A stretch of 62,985 bases of DNA, filler included, from Sphacelaria rigidula (GCA_964200075.2; 9 parts of 9 records of this genome joined end to end with filler, not necessarily neighbours in it), one strand, 5' to 3'. Numbered from the whole stretch's first letter, positions 1 through 13,922 are shown. Translations and numbers: made by a program. Notes: generated by a model not told the origin, from the letters alone.

Positions 1-169
1 TCATCGCCAAGCGACGCCAACCCCATCGGGGGTCCGCATGGGGGGTAGAGGTAAAAATGTAGGAAAGAATACACGAATGCTGCAACCTCTCGTTTGCTGG
101 CCACTTGTAGTACAGAAGGGTTTGTAGCAGCAGTGGCAGTGGTGTGGTGTAGCTGTTGTTACGGCTTAC

Positions 170-437
170 CGTAGGGATGGCGATGTAGGACTCGACCTCG
201 TGCAGAATAAACATCTTGCGTTTCTCCGCAGGCTCCATCATTCTCCACTTTGCCAGGGTCTCCTCCGACGAATCCTGAGGAGGAAATACAGGGTTTTGCT
301 CCCATTTCACACGCCGTTCGATCCACTCTTTTGGTACCGAGACCTGGGCCCCATGGGTCACTGCAAAACGTTACCGAAGTGCAGCACGTTCCAGAAGCTG
401 TTGACCAACGAGGATTTCTGCAGATGGAGTTGAATTT
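170..437 (-). pseudogene. Possible decayed coding exon (NSTPSAEILVGQQLLERAALR*RFAVTHGAQVSVPKEWIERRVKWEQNPVFPPQDSSEETLAKWRMMEPAEKRKMFILHEVESYIAIPT)
   Basis: Bounded by a ttttcag acceptor and a GTAAG donor on the minus strand, with protein-like composition. One in-frame TAA at 371-373; an alternative acceptor at 361-363 would avoid it. The end EVESYIAIP weakly recalls the start of a hAT dimerisation domain (unverified). Confidence 0.25.
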
Positions 438-2379
438 CTGAAAATAGACCACGGTGTTCCATCGAATATTAATGGAAAAGTGATACACACTCTGAACAAT
501 GGACGCAATAATAGTCCATTGCTTCAGCAATAGACACGGGGGAAAACCTACCGATATATATGTACATGTGTCATTTCACTTTTTTCACCACTTTTGCCGA
601 GTTTCCTCAGGCGGCAAGGCATCTTAAGATTATCACGCGCTTTGTTCTGCAGTGCACGAAGAAGGTGCAGCGGTACATCACCTGCCAGGTTTGGGTGTTA
701 TCTAATACCTGTGGTGCGTGTTCTGGCCATCGAAAGTCGCCCACGCTGGCTCTTTTTCCCGGGATGTCGATCCCGAACCACAAAAGCCTTCCTCAAGATC
801 TTGGAAAACTTCAAACAAGAACCACAAGAGCCCGCTCATGGCGGGGTATTTTTTCACCGTGATTTTCTTTGCGTTCTCGATGATTTGGGAACACCAAGAC
901 AGCGGTTATGCAGCGAATGTCACGAGGACATGGGAGCATAGCAGTAGAAAACAGCTGGACATTGCCTTGACTTAGTCAGCAGCAAACACAAGTCGAATGA
1001 TCTGAGATCCCTCATCATTTAGTTTTGACGTGAATCCTCCAACACGGTCATATCTGCGTAATGTGTGCCCCAATTATGCGAACATAACAGTCCACAAGAG
1101 CCCGGTGAAGAACACTGAAGACTGTGTAGATTGGTATTAGAGGAAGGGTTCATAGTCACAGCTGTAGTAGTGGAAGTCGCTGATGGCCTGGTTTGCATTG
1201 ATACGGTGGATACCCACGGTGCGTGGCATTCTATTTTTTCAACACCCTGCTGTCTGATGACGGCTATGTAGAGTGAGTACAGGGACAGTTGAGCACGCAG
1301 GCTGCGACGGATCCTGCCGGCCTCATCATCAATCTTCGCCCAGATATGGACGAGCGCTTGAGGGAACCCAGCAAACAAGCGTCGTTTACGGTCCGCTGTA
1401 TATGTGAGGGTCGGGAGCTGAACATTCCCGCTTCAAGAATCTCGACAGTCGAAGATTAAGCTCCTGTCACGCGACCAGTGGGTAGTGCCACGGACCCTTG
1501 CCGGCGTACCCGGCACTGGGGGCGACATCCTGGTAGAGACAGTCCCATCACTACCGGGACGGCCGTGTAAACAGGCCGGCAGCCGAAATGGCCGTTGCAC
1601 TGGTGTTCTTCTAGCGTTATCAACTGGGAGTACGGTATCGCACAGGCTTTGCACGCGAATATTTCGGTGATTACCTCACTTCCACTTCGGCCACGTGCTG
1701 TGGATCACCGCCTGATATGTATGGATATGTATTACACCCTCAACAAGAGCTTTCTACAGTCAATATACAATTTAAAAGCATGCACTGTGCACAGTATAGA
1801 AGCTATTGCCTTCCGCGACGTGCACAGTACTCGTACAAAAGTGGGAACTGCACACAGTATGACTTCAACACAGTGTAGAAACCTTCACGCGGTATGAATT
1901 GTTACAGCCGGCTTGCGCCCCATAGCGGCTGTGCTACCATAGAGCTCCGCTCAAGATACAGGCAGGAATTATAGCGGCAGAGGCGACCTATAACTCTTGC
2001 GTGCGCCAACTAGGGCAAATGCACACTCAGCTACAATACCGACCGCTGTACTAGACGTGGCAGAGCGAGGGGTGGTACACCACGTACACACAGACATATA
2101 TATTGTACTGTATACAAGTGTGATTTGAAATATGTCGTGCGGGGTCGGGCCGGCATTTAGAGAACCTGCACGAGTTCGCCGTGTACTACCGGGACGCGAC
2201 CTTATGCCAGTATAGCAATCACTTGCGATGTGTGCTGTGGCGGGTTTCGTGCGTGATGGGTTTTTTTCCACCTCCGCACACCGCCCGTGAGGCGAGCTCT
2301 TCATGCTGGAAGTGCCCACCGCTTTTCCCGCCACTCTTGGTCTGAGACAACTGAAACTGCGGAATGTGACAGTGTCTAA

Positions 2380-2797
2380 CAGTAATTTCTCGAAATTGGG
2401 GTTGAAAACAAAATGAGGTTGAACTCAAAAGCCGTGCGTTCCATGACCAAAATGTATGACAAATGACTTTCGTATGGACCACCCCATCCGTCCTGACCTC
2501 CCTAAAACCATATCGGGGGATTTCCAGCCTTCCATTTCCCCCAAGGGTATGTGCGAAAGCATCTTTTTGCCTCGATTTCGGGGTGATATAAGACTTTTAT
2601 TGTCCCCCAAATCGTGCTTTCGCACATACCTTTTTCGGGGGAACGGAAGGTTAGAAGTCGCTCAAAATAGTTTTAGGGAGGTCGGGAGGGATGGGGTGGT
2701 CCATATAAAAGCCATTTGTCATGAATTTAGGTCAGGGAGAGCACGGCTTTTGAGTTGAACCTCATTTGGTTTCAACCCCTTTTTCGAGAATCCACTG
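2380..2797. mobile_element. Foldback MITE (non-autonomous DNA transposon), about 418 bp
   Basis: 2380-2510 is the reverse complement of about 2668-2797 (cagtaatttctcgaaattggggttgaaaacaaaatgaggttgaactcaaaagccgtgc vs gcacggcttttgagttgaacctcatttggtttcaacccctttttcgagaatccactg). Inverted pairing continues almost to the centre. Termini are CAGT..ACTG. Confidence 0.8.
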
Positions 2798-3111
2798 TTG
2801 TTTACTGGAAGGTACATATTCTCCCACACGATTGGCTCCATGACATAAAAAAGGAATAACACTGGTTTATTTTCGACTTGCGTCACCCCCGGGAGGCCAG
2901 TACCAACCTCCTGAAGGGGAACCTTGCATATATATATAGATATATACATTGTCGACCACGATAGATGGTGAAACACATCCATCGATATGTATTGCAAGGG
3001 ATAATAAATTCTACAATAGTCGATCGATAGCCTACGGCAATTACAGTAGATAAAGATCACTCGCCATCGAAGGAAATCGTGCACCGCAATAGATTCTGGG
3101 ATGTATATTTT

Positions 3112-3350
3112 GATAGCCATGCCGTAATGAATAGGTTTGGTGAGCTATCCATCGATAGCCATTGCTGTTATCAACAGATTTGATGAGCCACCCATCGAAA
3201 GTTATTGACGTCATCAAAATATTAGGTGAGCCATCTATCAATATATGCCAATTGCCGTCGTGAGATGTGGCGAGCCGTCAATCGGGTAGCCTCTGCCGCC
3301 AACAATACATTCTTTGTATTCATCAATATGGCAATTGCCGTCAACAACCG
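3112..3350. repeat. Degenerate 42-43-bp tandem repeat
   Basis: Units start at 3112, 3154, 3197 and 3240 (gatagccattgctgttatcaacagatttgatgagccacccatc-like). Confidence 0.6.
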
Positions 3351-4680
3351 ATTGCTATCGGGAGAACCTATCGATAAACAGTGACGCACACGATAGGTTT
3401 TGAAGAATGCATTGCTCACTGCAGTGGTATTATGACATCCACGGCAATAGAGAGTTTCGGAAACGTTTTTTCCCATCTGAGAGTCAGCGTGGAAGGAAAA
3501 ATAGCCGGTAACAGTGCACATTCCACTCTGATTTTCTTTTCAAAGCGAATTTTTCAGCGTCAGAGTGCCGTTCGCACTCCGTCACTCTGAAAGCCGTTGT
3601 TCCTCTTCATAGTTCACAGCGGAACGAAAAAAAAACACGTCCACCTTCACCACCATGGTCACGGCCAGTCCAAAATAATTACACTCTATCTAACATGACG
3701 AGCAAAATGGGGAATCCATCATCCATCACAATTGCCGTGCTCATCACAATGGGCCATTCACGAAGTAGAAACGTTTGGCATCGCAACCAGAAGACCTCCC
3801 TGACGCCGCCATGGTATCAGCATCCGCTTAGTTGTTTTGCGTGAAAATTGAGATGCTCGGCGGGTACATAACGTTGCCTTGGGTGCAGTTCCTCACTCTT
3901 GTCAGCTTCAGCTGGAAGAAGGGGGTGGGAAAGATTCGTAGTTTACAGCGTAGTCTACAGCGCACAAGTACTATTACACCTGGTTGCATTTCCATCCCGT
4001 GAAAGATCATGACGTCGAGCACCACCGTTATGGGTGGCATGTTGGAAATCATCCCAGTGCGGCCTTGTCTGTTATTTGAAAGTGCCTCGTACTGTACTAT
4101 ACTACTGTACAAATGACGGTACGGTATCGCTGTATTTCACCGTACCGCAATGCACTGTTGTAGGGTTCTGCATAGCACTGTCTGTACTCCACACTGCACA
4201 GCACTACAGCACAGCAGCACTTCAGCACCACAGTGCCCTGTAGTGCGCCGTAGTGGACTCAAGTACTGCAGGTGCAGTGAGGCGTAGTGTTCGGTACGTA
4301 CGGTGCGGCAGGTTACGGTACAATCAGTGCTGTTCTGGGCTATGCACTTTCGAACTGGACGCTGGTCGATCGCACATTTGGCGGGGCAACCTGCGGCCAG
4401 TCACTGCGACGAACAAACTTCACGTCAAGCCATGTCACATCAGCTTCCGCTATAAACGTTTTAGCGTTCACTCTGAAGTTTCAAAGCTTCCACTCCATAC
4501 TCTGACTGTATGATGAGAAAAAACATATTCCGAAACCCTCTGATGCCCCTCACACGTCAACACGCAACTACCTGAGGTGATAGCTGGCCGTAGCTCCTGT
4601 GAAATAAGGCGGAAACATACACCGAAAAATGGGCATACATTGCGCTGGTGATCGACGCCATTCAGCTACTTTCGTGGTCA

Positions 4681-4900
4681 GCAATAGATATTGATGGCCG
4701 CGATTCAAATTGCATTGTGACCAGCGATATACATTGGAGTCTGCGATTCAGATGAGATTGTGGCCCTCAACAGACATTGACGGGCGCAATTTAGATCCTA
4801 TTGTGACCACCAATGTATATTGGCCGCGTGGCAGATCCTTTTTTTACTAGCAATAGACGTTGGTGGCCGCAATTCAGAGCCTATTGCAACAACTAAAATG
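4681..4900. repeat. Degenerate 43-bp tandem repeat related to the 3112-3350 array
   Basis: Units start at 4681, 4724, 4767, 4810 and 4850 (tcaacagacattgacgggcgcaatttagatcctattgtgacca-like). Confidence 0.65.
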
Positions 4901-6525
4901 TATCGATAGATATTGCAACAACTTGGCCCATTCATTTTCACGGCAATGATTGTCGCCTACAATACCTACAGATGGACATTGATGCCAGTCGATCATGACC
5001 GACGTCAAATTTTCCGGGATATTGCAGCGCCAATGTTTCGTTACATAGTTTATTGTCCAGGATATAAGCACACCTCACCCACACACAAAAGTACAGTACG
5101 CGCTCATGTTCATCAGAGAGACAACCATAAGTACCAACACTACACCAACAACAAAATTTGTAAACTTTTGTCAGCACAAATTGCGGAGTCTTACAAAATA
5201 AAAGCGTTCCAAAGTTGTAGAAACGTGACATTATGTATTCACAAGTAGCATCATCATATACCCACTGTATGTCCACCTGCTGCTTCTCCATTGTACTTTA
5301 GTGGAGTATAATATGCCTTATACATAGTATGTTGCACTGTAGGTGTGGCAACAGACGACAAGAAATATGTATCGGTAGGCATTGTCTACCACACTAGATT
5401 CTGGAATTAACATGTATCTATCGATATTCATTGGCGCAATGCATAGATGTTGTACGCAGTCTATCAACAGCGATTGCCGTCATCAAAAGATGTGGTATAC
5501 AATTTGTCAACAGCCATCGTCATCACTAGATTTGGCACGTGGTCTATCGATAGCCATGGCCGTCATTATGAATTTGTAAGACTATCGATCGATACATTTG
5601 GTCGGCCGCAATAGATTCCGGTGTAGGGCCACAACAGACTGCTGCCCGGACAAAAGTGTGGGAAACTGGTCTATCGATAGACATCGCCGATGACTATAAA
5701 AAACGAAAGCTGCCGATTGATAAACATTACAGACGACAATATTGGCACCAACGGCAGCAGATTCTATTGGTATTACGATAGCTGCCGTCCAGTATCCGGG
5801 GTGTGAAATGATACCGGTTGTCACCACTTTCGTAAACTTCTACCGTTTACACCGTTTCCGTGCTTTCACCCTGGGAGTGCATATCTTATAATCACGGCTG
5901 GATGAGTCTCAATGAGGTAACGGTTAGTTTTAATATGCGACAACCAATCAAGTACTCAATGAATATGTCCAGACTAGCAGGTAGCTACAGCTGCGCCACT
6001 GGAGTGCAGGGATTCCCGCTGTTCAAACTGGTCGCTCGTTCAATCCCGGAATTTCCATATGGTACTGCATGGATCCCCACCTTTGCGGCCGGCAAGGTTC
6101 TAGCGCGTTGGGAAGACTATTTGGGGCGTCAGATTAGCTTATATCTCCATTTATTTTTGCCCTTAAAAAGCATCATCTGGTTCAGAATCACGGACCACGT
6201 CATGGATACTTTTTTCTACTCGGAATTCCTCGGGCATATATCAACCAGGGCTACCCGCTGCATCAGTTCCTTGAAAACAAACTCGGCAAAATCAAATCAA
6301 ATCGCCCTGTTTAGACCATACGCAAAAAGTATTTCTCCATGCATCTATACCTTACCCTAGTCAAGCCAGATTTTCACAGGATCATCCGACATAGTTCTTC
6401 TCTTTCCTCAACAACATATTTGGATGACAATTCCAACCTTTTCAAGGCAAGTGGGGATTCCCCTCAGTGCCCTTTGCACTCAGAGAGGCTTGGAGGGCCA
6501 TAACGCGAGTGTTCCGTTCTGGTAC

Positions 6526-6584
6526 GTACCCAGTGTAGTACCCAGCGTAGTCCCCAGTATGGTACTCAGCGTACTACCCAGTAT
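6526..6584. repeat. 12-bp minisatellite, (GTACCCAGYGTA)-like, about 5 copies
   Basis: gtacccagtgta gtacccagcgta gtccccagtatg gtactcagcgta ctacccagtat. Confidence 0.6.
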
Positions 6585-6911
6585 AAACGGAAGCACTGCA
6601 CACAAGCGGCATCGTCATCACACACTCGAGGTACTTAGACGTGAATTTCATGTGTTGAGCGGTCAGAGCGGAAAACGTGGAAGCTAGGTATAGGTATGCT
6701 TCACGGGAATGCTGCGCGAACACTGCGTCTAGAGGGCTTCGACCATCTGCGCACTGCCCCTCACAAGTTCTTTTTATTACGGGGGACCCAAGGGCGCACA
6801 AAATATTTCTTTGGACCCACACCCCTTTTTTTACATTTGGGACCGATTAGGGGGTGGGTGGGGGGGGGGGGGGGGGGGGGTGTAGTCTGTATGTCCTGTG
6901 TGCAATGTTTT

Positions 6912-7011
6912 NNNNNNNNNNNNNNNNNNNNNNNNNNNNNNNNNNNNNNNNNNNNTTAATTAATTAANNNNNNNNNNNNNNNNNNNNNNNNNNNNNNNNN
7001 NNNNNNNNNNN
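6912..7011. other. Artificial contig spacer N44-TTAATTAATTAA-N44; identical spacers at 13923-14022, 20933-21032, 27943-28042, 34952-35051, 41961-42060, 48970-49069 and 55978-56077
   Basis: Identical 100-bp blocks containing a six-frame stop linker. The segments between them are non-increasing in length from 6911 to 6908 bp. Confidence 0.98.
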
Positions 7012-10000
7012 GATAAGCTAACCCTCCTTTTCATTCAACCTCCTATAACACAGCCCGGACACAGACATGAAACAGAGAAGCTGACTCTCCTTTTCATTTA
7101 ACCTACTATAACACAGCCCGAACATAGACATGCAATAGAGAAGCTAACCCTCCTTTTCATTTAGCCTACTATAACACAGCCCGGACATAGACATGACATA
7201 GAGAAGGTGAGCCTACTTTTCATTTAGCTGACAATAACACAGCCCGAACATAGATATAAAATAGAGAAGCCAACCCTCCTTTTCATTTAGCCTACTAGAA
7301 CACAGCCCGAACACAGACATGAAACAGAAAAGCCAACCCTCGTTCTCATTTAGCCTACTAGAACACAGCCCAGACATAGACATGGAATAGAGAAGCGAAC
7401 CCTCCTTTGTATATCACCTACTATAGCACAGCCCGGACATAGACATGAGACAGAGAACTAACCCTACTTTTCATTTAACCTACTATAACACAGCTCGGAC
7501 ATAGACATGCAATAGAGAAGCTGACCCTCCCTTACATATAACCTACTATAACACAGCCCGGACATAGACATGGAACAGAGAGGCTAACCGTCCTTTGTAT
7601 TTAACCTACGATAACACAGCTCGGACATAGACATGGTATAGAGAAGCTAACCCTACTTTTCATTCAGCCTACGACAACACAGCCTGGATATAGACATGAC
7701 ATAGAGAAGCTAAGCCTACTTTTCATTCAGCCTACGATAACACAGCCTGGACATAGACATGAAATAGAGAAGCTAAGCCTACTTCTCATTTCACCTACTA
7801 GAACACAGCCTGGACACAGACATGGAATAGATAAGCTAACCCTCCTTTTCATTCAACCTCCTATAACACAGCCCGGACACAGACATGAAATACAGAAGCT
7901 GACCCTCGTTTTCATTTAACCCACTATAACACAGCTCGAACATAGACATGCAATCGAGAAGCTAACCCTCTTTTTCATTTAGCCTACTATAACACAGCCC
8001 GGACATAGACATGACATAGAGAAGCTAACCCTGCTTTTCATTTCGCCTACTATAACACAGCCCGGACATAGACATGACATAGAGAAGCTAACCCCCCTTT
8101 TCATTTCGCCTACTATAACACAGCCCGAACATAGATATAAAATAGAGAAGCTAACCCTCTTTTTCATTTAGCCTACTAGAACACAGCCCGGACACAGACA
8201 TGAAACAGAAAAGCCAACTCTCGTTCTCATTTAGCCTACTAGAACACAGCCCGGACATAGACATGGAATAGAGAAGCGAACCCTTCTTTGTTTTTAACCT
8301 ACTAAAGCACAGCCCGGACATAGACATGAAACAGAGAACTAACCCTACTTTTCATTTAACCTACTATAACACAGCTCGGACATAGACATGCAATAGAGAA
8401 GCTGACCCTCCCTTACCTTTAACCTACTATAACACAGCCCGGACATAGACATGGAACAGAGGAACTAACCCTACTTTTTGTTACACCTACTAGAACACAG
8501 CCTGGACATAGACATGAAACAGAGAAGCTAACCCTCCTTTTCATTTAACCTACTATAACACAGTTCGGACATAGACATGGAGTAGAGAAGCCAACCCTCC
8601 CTTGTATTTAGCCCATTATAATACAGCCCGGACATAGACATGACATAGAGAAGCTAACCCTCCTATTCATTGAGCCTACTTTAACACAGCCCAAACATAG
8701 ACATGAAATAGAGAAGCTAACCCTTCTTTTCATTGAGCCTACTATAACACAACCCGGACATAGACATGGAATAGAGAGGCTAACCGTCCTTTGTATTTAA
8801 CCTACGATAACACAGCTCGGACATAGACATGGTATAAAGAAGCTAACCCTACTTTTCATTCAGCCTACGATAACACAGCCTGGACATAAACATGGTAAAG
8901 AGAAGCTAACCCTCCTTTTCATTCCACCTCCTATAACACAGCCCGGACACAGACATGAAATAGAGAAGCTGACCCTCCTTTTCATTTAACCTACTATAAC
9001 ACAGACCGGACATAGACATGCAATAGAGAAGCTAACCCTCCTTTTCATTCAGCCTACTATAACACAGCCCGGACATAGACATGACATAGAGAAGCTAAGC
9101 CTACTTTTCATTTAGCCCACAATAACACAGCCCGGACGTAGACACAACATAGAGAAGCTTACCCTCCTTTTCATTTCACCTACTATAACACAGCCCGAAC
9201 ATAGATATAAAATAGAGAAGCTAACCCTCCTTTTCATTTCGCCTACTAGAACACAGCCCGAACACAGACATGAAACAGAAAAGCCAACCCTCGTTCTCAT
9301 TTAGCCTACTAGAACACAGCCCAGACATAGACATGGAATAGAGAAGCGAACCCTCCTTTGTTTTTAACCTACTATAGCACAGCCCGGACATGGACATGAA
9401 ACAGAGAACTAACCCTACTTTTCATTTAACCTACTCTAACACAGCTCGGACATAGACATGCAATAGAGAAGCTGACCCTCCCTTACATATAACCTACTAT
9501 AACACAGCCCGGACATAGACATGAAACAGAGGAGCTGACCCTCCTTTGTATTTAACCTACTATAACACAGCTCGGACATAGGCATGAAGTAGAGAAGCTA
9601 ACCCTCCTTTGTATTTAGCCTACTATAACACAGCCCGGACATAGACATGGAATAGAGAGGCTAACCATCCTTTGTATTTAACCTACGATAACACGGCTCG
9701 GACATAGACATGGTATAGAGAAGCCAACACTCCTTTTCATTGAGCCTACTATAACACAGCCCAAACATAGACATGAAGTAGAGAAGTAACCCTCATTTTC
9801 ATTGAGCCTACTATAACACAACCCGGACATAGACATGGAATAGAGAGGCTAACCGTCCTTTGTATTTAACCTACGATAACACAGCTCGGACATAGACATG
9901 GTATAGAGAAGCTAACCCTACTTTTCATTCAGCCTACGACAACACAGTCTGGATATAGACATGACATAGAGAAGCTAAGCCTACTTTTTATTCAACCTCC

Positions 10001-13000
10001 TATAACACAGCCCGGACATAGACATGACATAGAGAAGCTAAGCCTACTTCTCATTTCACCTACTAGAACACAGCCTGGACATAGACATGGAATAGAGGAG
10101 CTAAGCCTACTTTTCATTCAACCTCCTATAACACAGCCGGGACACAGACATGACATAGAGATGCTGACCCTCCTTTTCATTTAACCTACTATAACACAGC
10201 CCGAACATGGACATGCAATAGAGAAGCTAACCCTCCTTTACATTTCGCCTACTATAACACAGCCCGGACATAGACATGACATGGTGAAGCTAAGCCTACT
10301 CTTCATTTCGCCCACAACAACACAGCCTGGACATAGACATGATAATATAAAGAAGCTAACCCTCCATTTCATTTCACCTACTATAACACAGCCATAACAT
10401 AGATAAACAATAGAGAAGCTAACCCTCCTTTTCATTTAGCCTACTAGAACACAGCCCGAAGACAGACATGAAACAGAAAAGCCAACCCTCGTTCTCATTT
10501 AGCCTACTAGAACACAGCCCAGATATAGACATGGAATAGAGAAGCGAACCCTCCTTTGTATATCATCTGCTATAGCACAGCCCGGACATAGACATGAAAC
10601 AGAGAACTAACCCTACTTTTCATTTAACCTACTATAACACAGCTCGGACATAGACATGCAATAGAGAAGCTGACCCTCCCTTACATATAACCTACTATAA
10701 CACAGCCCGGACATAGACATGGAATAGAGGAGCTAACCCTACTTTTCATTTCACCTACTAGAACACAGCCTGGACATGGACATGAAACAGAGAAGCTAAC
10801 CCTCGTTCTCATTTAACCTACTATAACACAGTTCGGACATAGACATGGAGTAGAGAAGCCAACCCTCCTTTGTATTTAGCCCACTATATTACAGCCCGGA
10901 CATAGACATGACATAGAGAAGCTAACCCTCCTTTTCATTGAGCCTACTATAACACTGCCCAAACATAGACATGAAATAGAGAAGCTAACCCTCATTTTCA
11001 TTGAGCCTACTATAATACAACCCGGACATAGACATGGAATAGAGAGGTTAACCGTCCTTTGTATTTAACCTACGATAACACAGCTCGAACATAGACATGG
11101 TAAAGAGAAGCTAACCCTACTTTTCATTCAGCCTACGATAACACAGCCTGGACATAGACATGAAATAGATAAGCTAACCCTACTTTTCATTCAACCTCCT
11201 ATAACACAGCCCGGACACAGACGTGAAATAGAGAAGCTGACCCTCCTTTTCATTTAACCTACTATAACACAGCCCGAACATGGACATGCGATAGAGAAGC
11301 TAACCCTCCTTTTCATTCAGCCTACTAAAACACAGCCCGGACATAGACATGACATAGAGAAGCTAAGCCTACTTTTCATTCAGCCCACAATAACACAGCC
11401 TGGACATAGACACAACATAGAGAAGCTTACCCTCCTTTTCATTTCACCTACTATAACACAGCCCGAACATAGATATAAAATAGAGAAGCTAACCCTCCTT
11501 TTCATTTAGCCTACTAGAACGCGGCCCGAACACAGACATGAAACAGAAAAGCCAACCCTCGTTCTCATTTAGCCTACTAGAACACAGCCCAGACATAGAC
11601 ATGGAATAGAGAAGCGAACCCTCCTTTGTATTTAACCTACTATAGCACAGCCCGGACATGGACATGAAACAGAGAACTAACCCTACTTTTCATTTAACCT
11701 ACTATAACACAGCTCGGACATAGACATGCAAAAGAGAAGCTGACCCTCCCTTACGTATAACCTACTATAACACAGCCCGGACATAGACATGAAACAGAGG
11801 AGCTAACCCTCCTTTGTATTTAACCTACTATAACACAGCTCGGACATAGGCATGAAATAGAGAGGCTCACCGTCCTTTGTATTTAGCCTACTATAACACA
11901 GCCCGGACATAGACATGACATAGAGAAGCCAACCCTCGTTCTCATTTAGCCTACTAGAACACAGCCCAGACATAGACATGGAATAGAGAAGCGAACCCTC
12001 CTTTGTTTTTAACCTACTATAGCACAGCCCGGACATGGACATGAAACAGAGAACTAACCCTACTTTTCATTTAACCTACTCTAACACAGCTCGGACATAG
12101 ACATGCAATAGAGAAGCTGACCCTCCCTTACATATAACCTACTATAACACAGCCCGGACATAGACATGAAACAGAGGAGCTAACCCTCCTTTGTATTTAA
12201 CCTACTATAACACAGCTCGGACATAGGCATGAAATAGAGAGGCTCACCGTCCTTTGTATTTAGCCTACTATAACACAGCCCGGACATAGACATGACATAG
12301 AGAGGCTAACCCTCCTTTGTATTTAACCTACGATAACACGGCTCGGACATAGACATGGTATAGAGAAGCCAACCCTCCTTTTCATTGAGCCTACTATAAC
12401 ACAGCCCAAACATAGACATGAAATAGAGAAGTAACCCTCCTTTTCATTGAGCCTACTATAACACAACCCGGACATAGACATGGAATAGAGAGGCTAACCG
12501 TCCTTTGTATTTAACCTACGATAACACAGCTCGGACATAGACATGGTATAGAGAAGCTAACCCTACTTTTCATTCAGCCTACGATAACACAGCCTGGATA
12601 TAGACATGACATAGAGAAGCTAACCCTACTTTTCATTTAGCCTACGATAACACAGCCTGGACAAAAACATGAAATAGAGAAGCTGAGCCTACTTCTCATT
12701 TCACCTACTAGAACACAGCCTGGACATAGACATGAAATAGAGAAGCTAACCCTCCTTTTCATTCAACCTTCTATAACACAGCCCGGACACAGACATGAAA
12801 TAGAGAAGCTGACCCTCCTTTTCATTTAACCTACTATAACACAGCTCGAACATGGACATGCAATAGAGAAGCTGACTTTCCTCTTCATTTCGCCTACTAT
12901 AACACAGCCCGGACATAGACATGACATAGAGAAGCTAACCCTCCTTTTCATTTCGCCTACTATAACACAGCCCGAACATAGATATAAAATAGAGAAGCTA

Positions 13001-13922
13001 ACCCTCTTTTTCATTTAGCCTACTATAACACAGCCCGAACACAGACATGAAACAGAAAAGCCAACCCTCGTTCTCATTTAGCCTACTAGAACACAGCCCG
13101 GACATAGACATGGAATAGAGAAGCGAACCCTCCTTTGTATTTAACCTACTATACCACAGCCCGGACATAGACATGAAACAGAGAACTAACCCTACTTTTC
13201 ATTGAACCTAATATAACACAGCTCGGACATAGACATGCAATAGAGAAGCTGACCCTCCCTTACATATAACCTACTATAACACAGCCCGGACATAGACATG
13301 AAATAGAGAAGTAACCCTCATTTTCATTTCACCTACTAGAACACAGCCTGGACATAGACATGGAATAGAGATGCTCACCGTCCTTCGTATTTAACCTACG
13401 ATAACACAGTTCGGACATAGACATGAAGTAGAGAAGCCAACCCTCCGTTGTATTTAGCCCACTATAATACAGCCGGGACGTAGACATGACATAGAGATGC
13501 TAACCCTCCTTTTCATTGAGCCTACTTTAACACAGCCCAAACATAGACATGAAATAGAGAAGCTAACCCTCCTTTTCATTGAGCCTACTATAACACAACC
13601 CGGACATAGACATGGAATAGAGAGGCTAACCGTCCTTTGTATTTAACCTACGATAACACAGCTCGGACATAGACATGGTATAGGGAAGCTAACCCTACTT
13701 TTCATTCAGCCTACGATAACACAGCCCGGACATAGACATGAAATAGATAAGCTAACCCTCCTTTTCATTCAACCTCCTATAAAACAGCCCGGACACAGAC
13801 ATGAAACAGAGAAGCTGACTCTCCTTTTCATTTAACCTACTATAACACAGCCCGAACATGGACATGCAATAGAGAAGCTAACCCTCCTTTTCATTCAGCC
13901 TACTATAACACAGCCCGGACAT
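7012..13922. repeat. 63-bp satellite array (about 110 monomers) with higher-order repeats
   Basis: Consensus ACATAGACATGAAATAGAGAAGCTAACCCTCCTTTTCATTTAACCTACTATAACACAGCCCGG fills the whole contig. The diagnostic variant TAGATATAAA recurs at 7251, 8132, 9202, about 10400, 11470 and 12979. Confidence 0.98.

Noticed and set aside
7012-13922. CRISPR array or real protein-coding repeats
   Set aside because: The whole monomer is repeated with no unique spacers, the context is eukaryotic, and the ORFs are broken by stops and 62-bp monomers.
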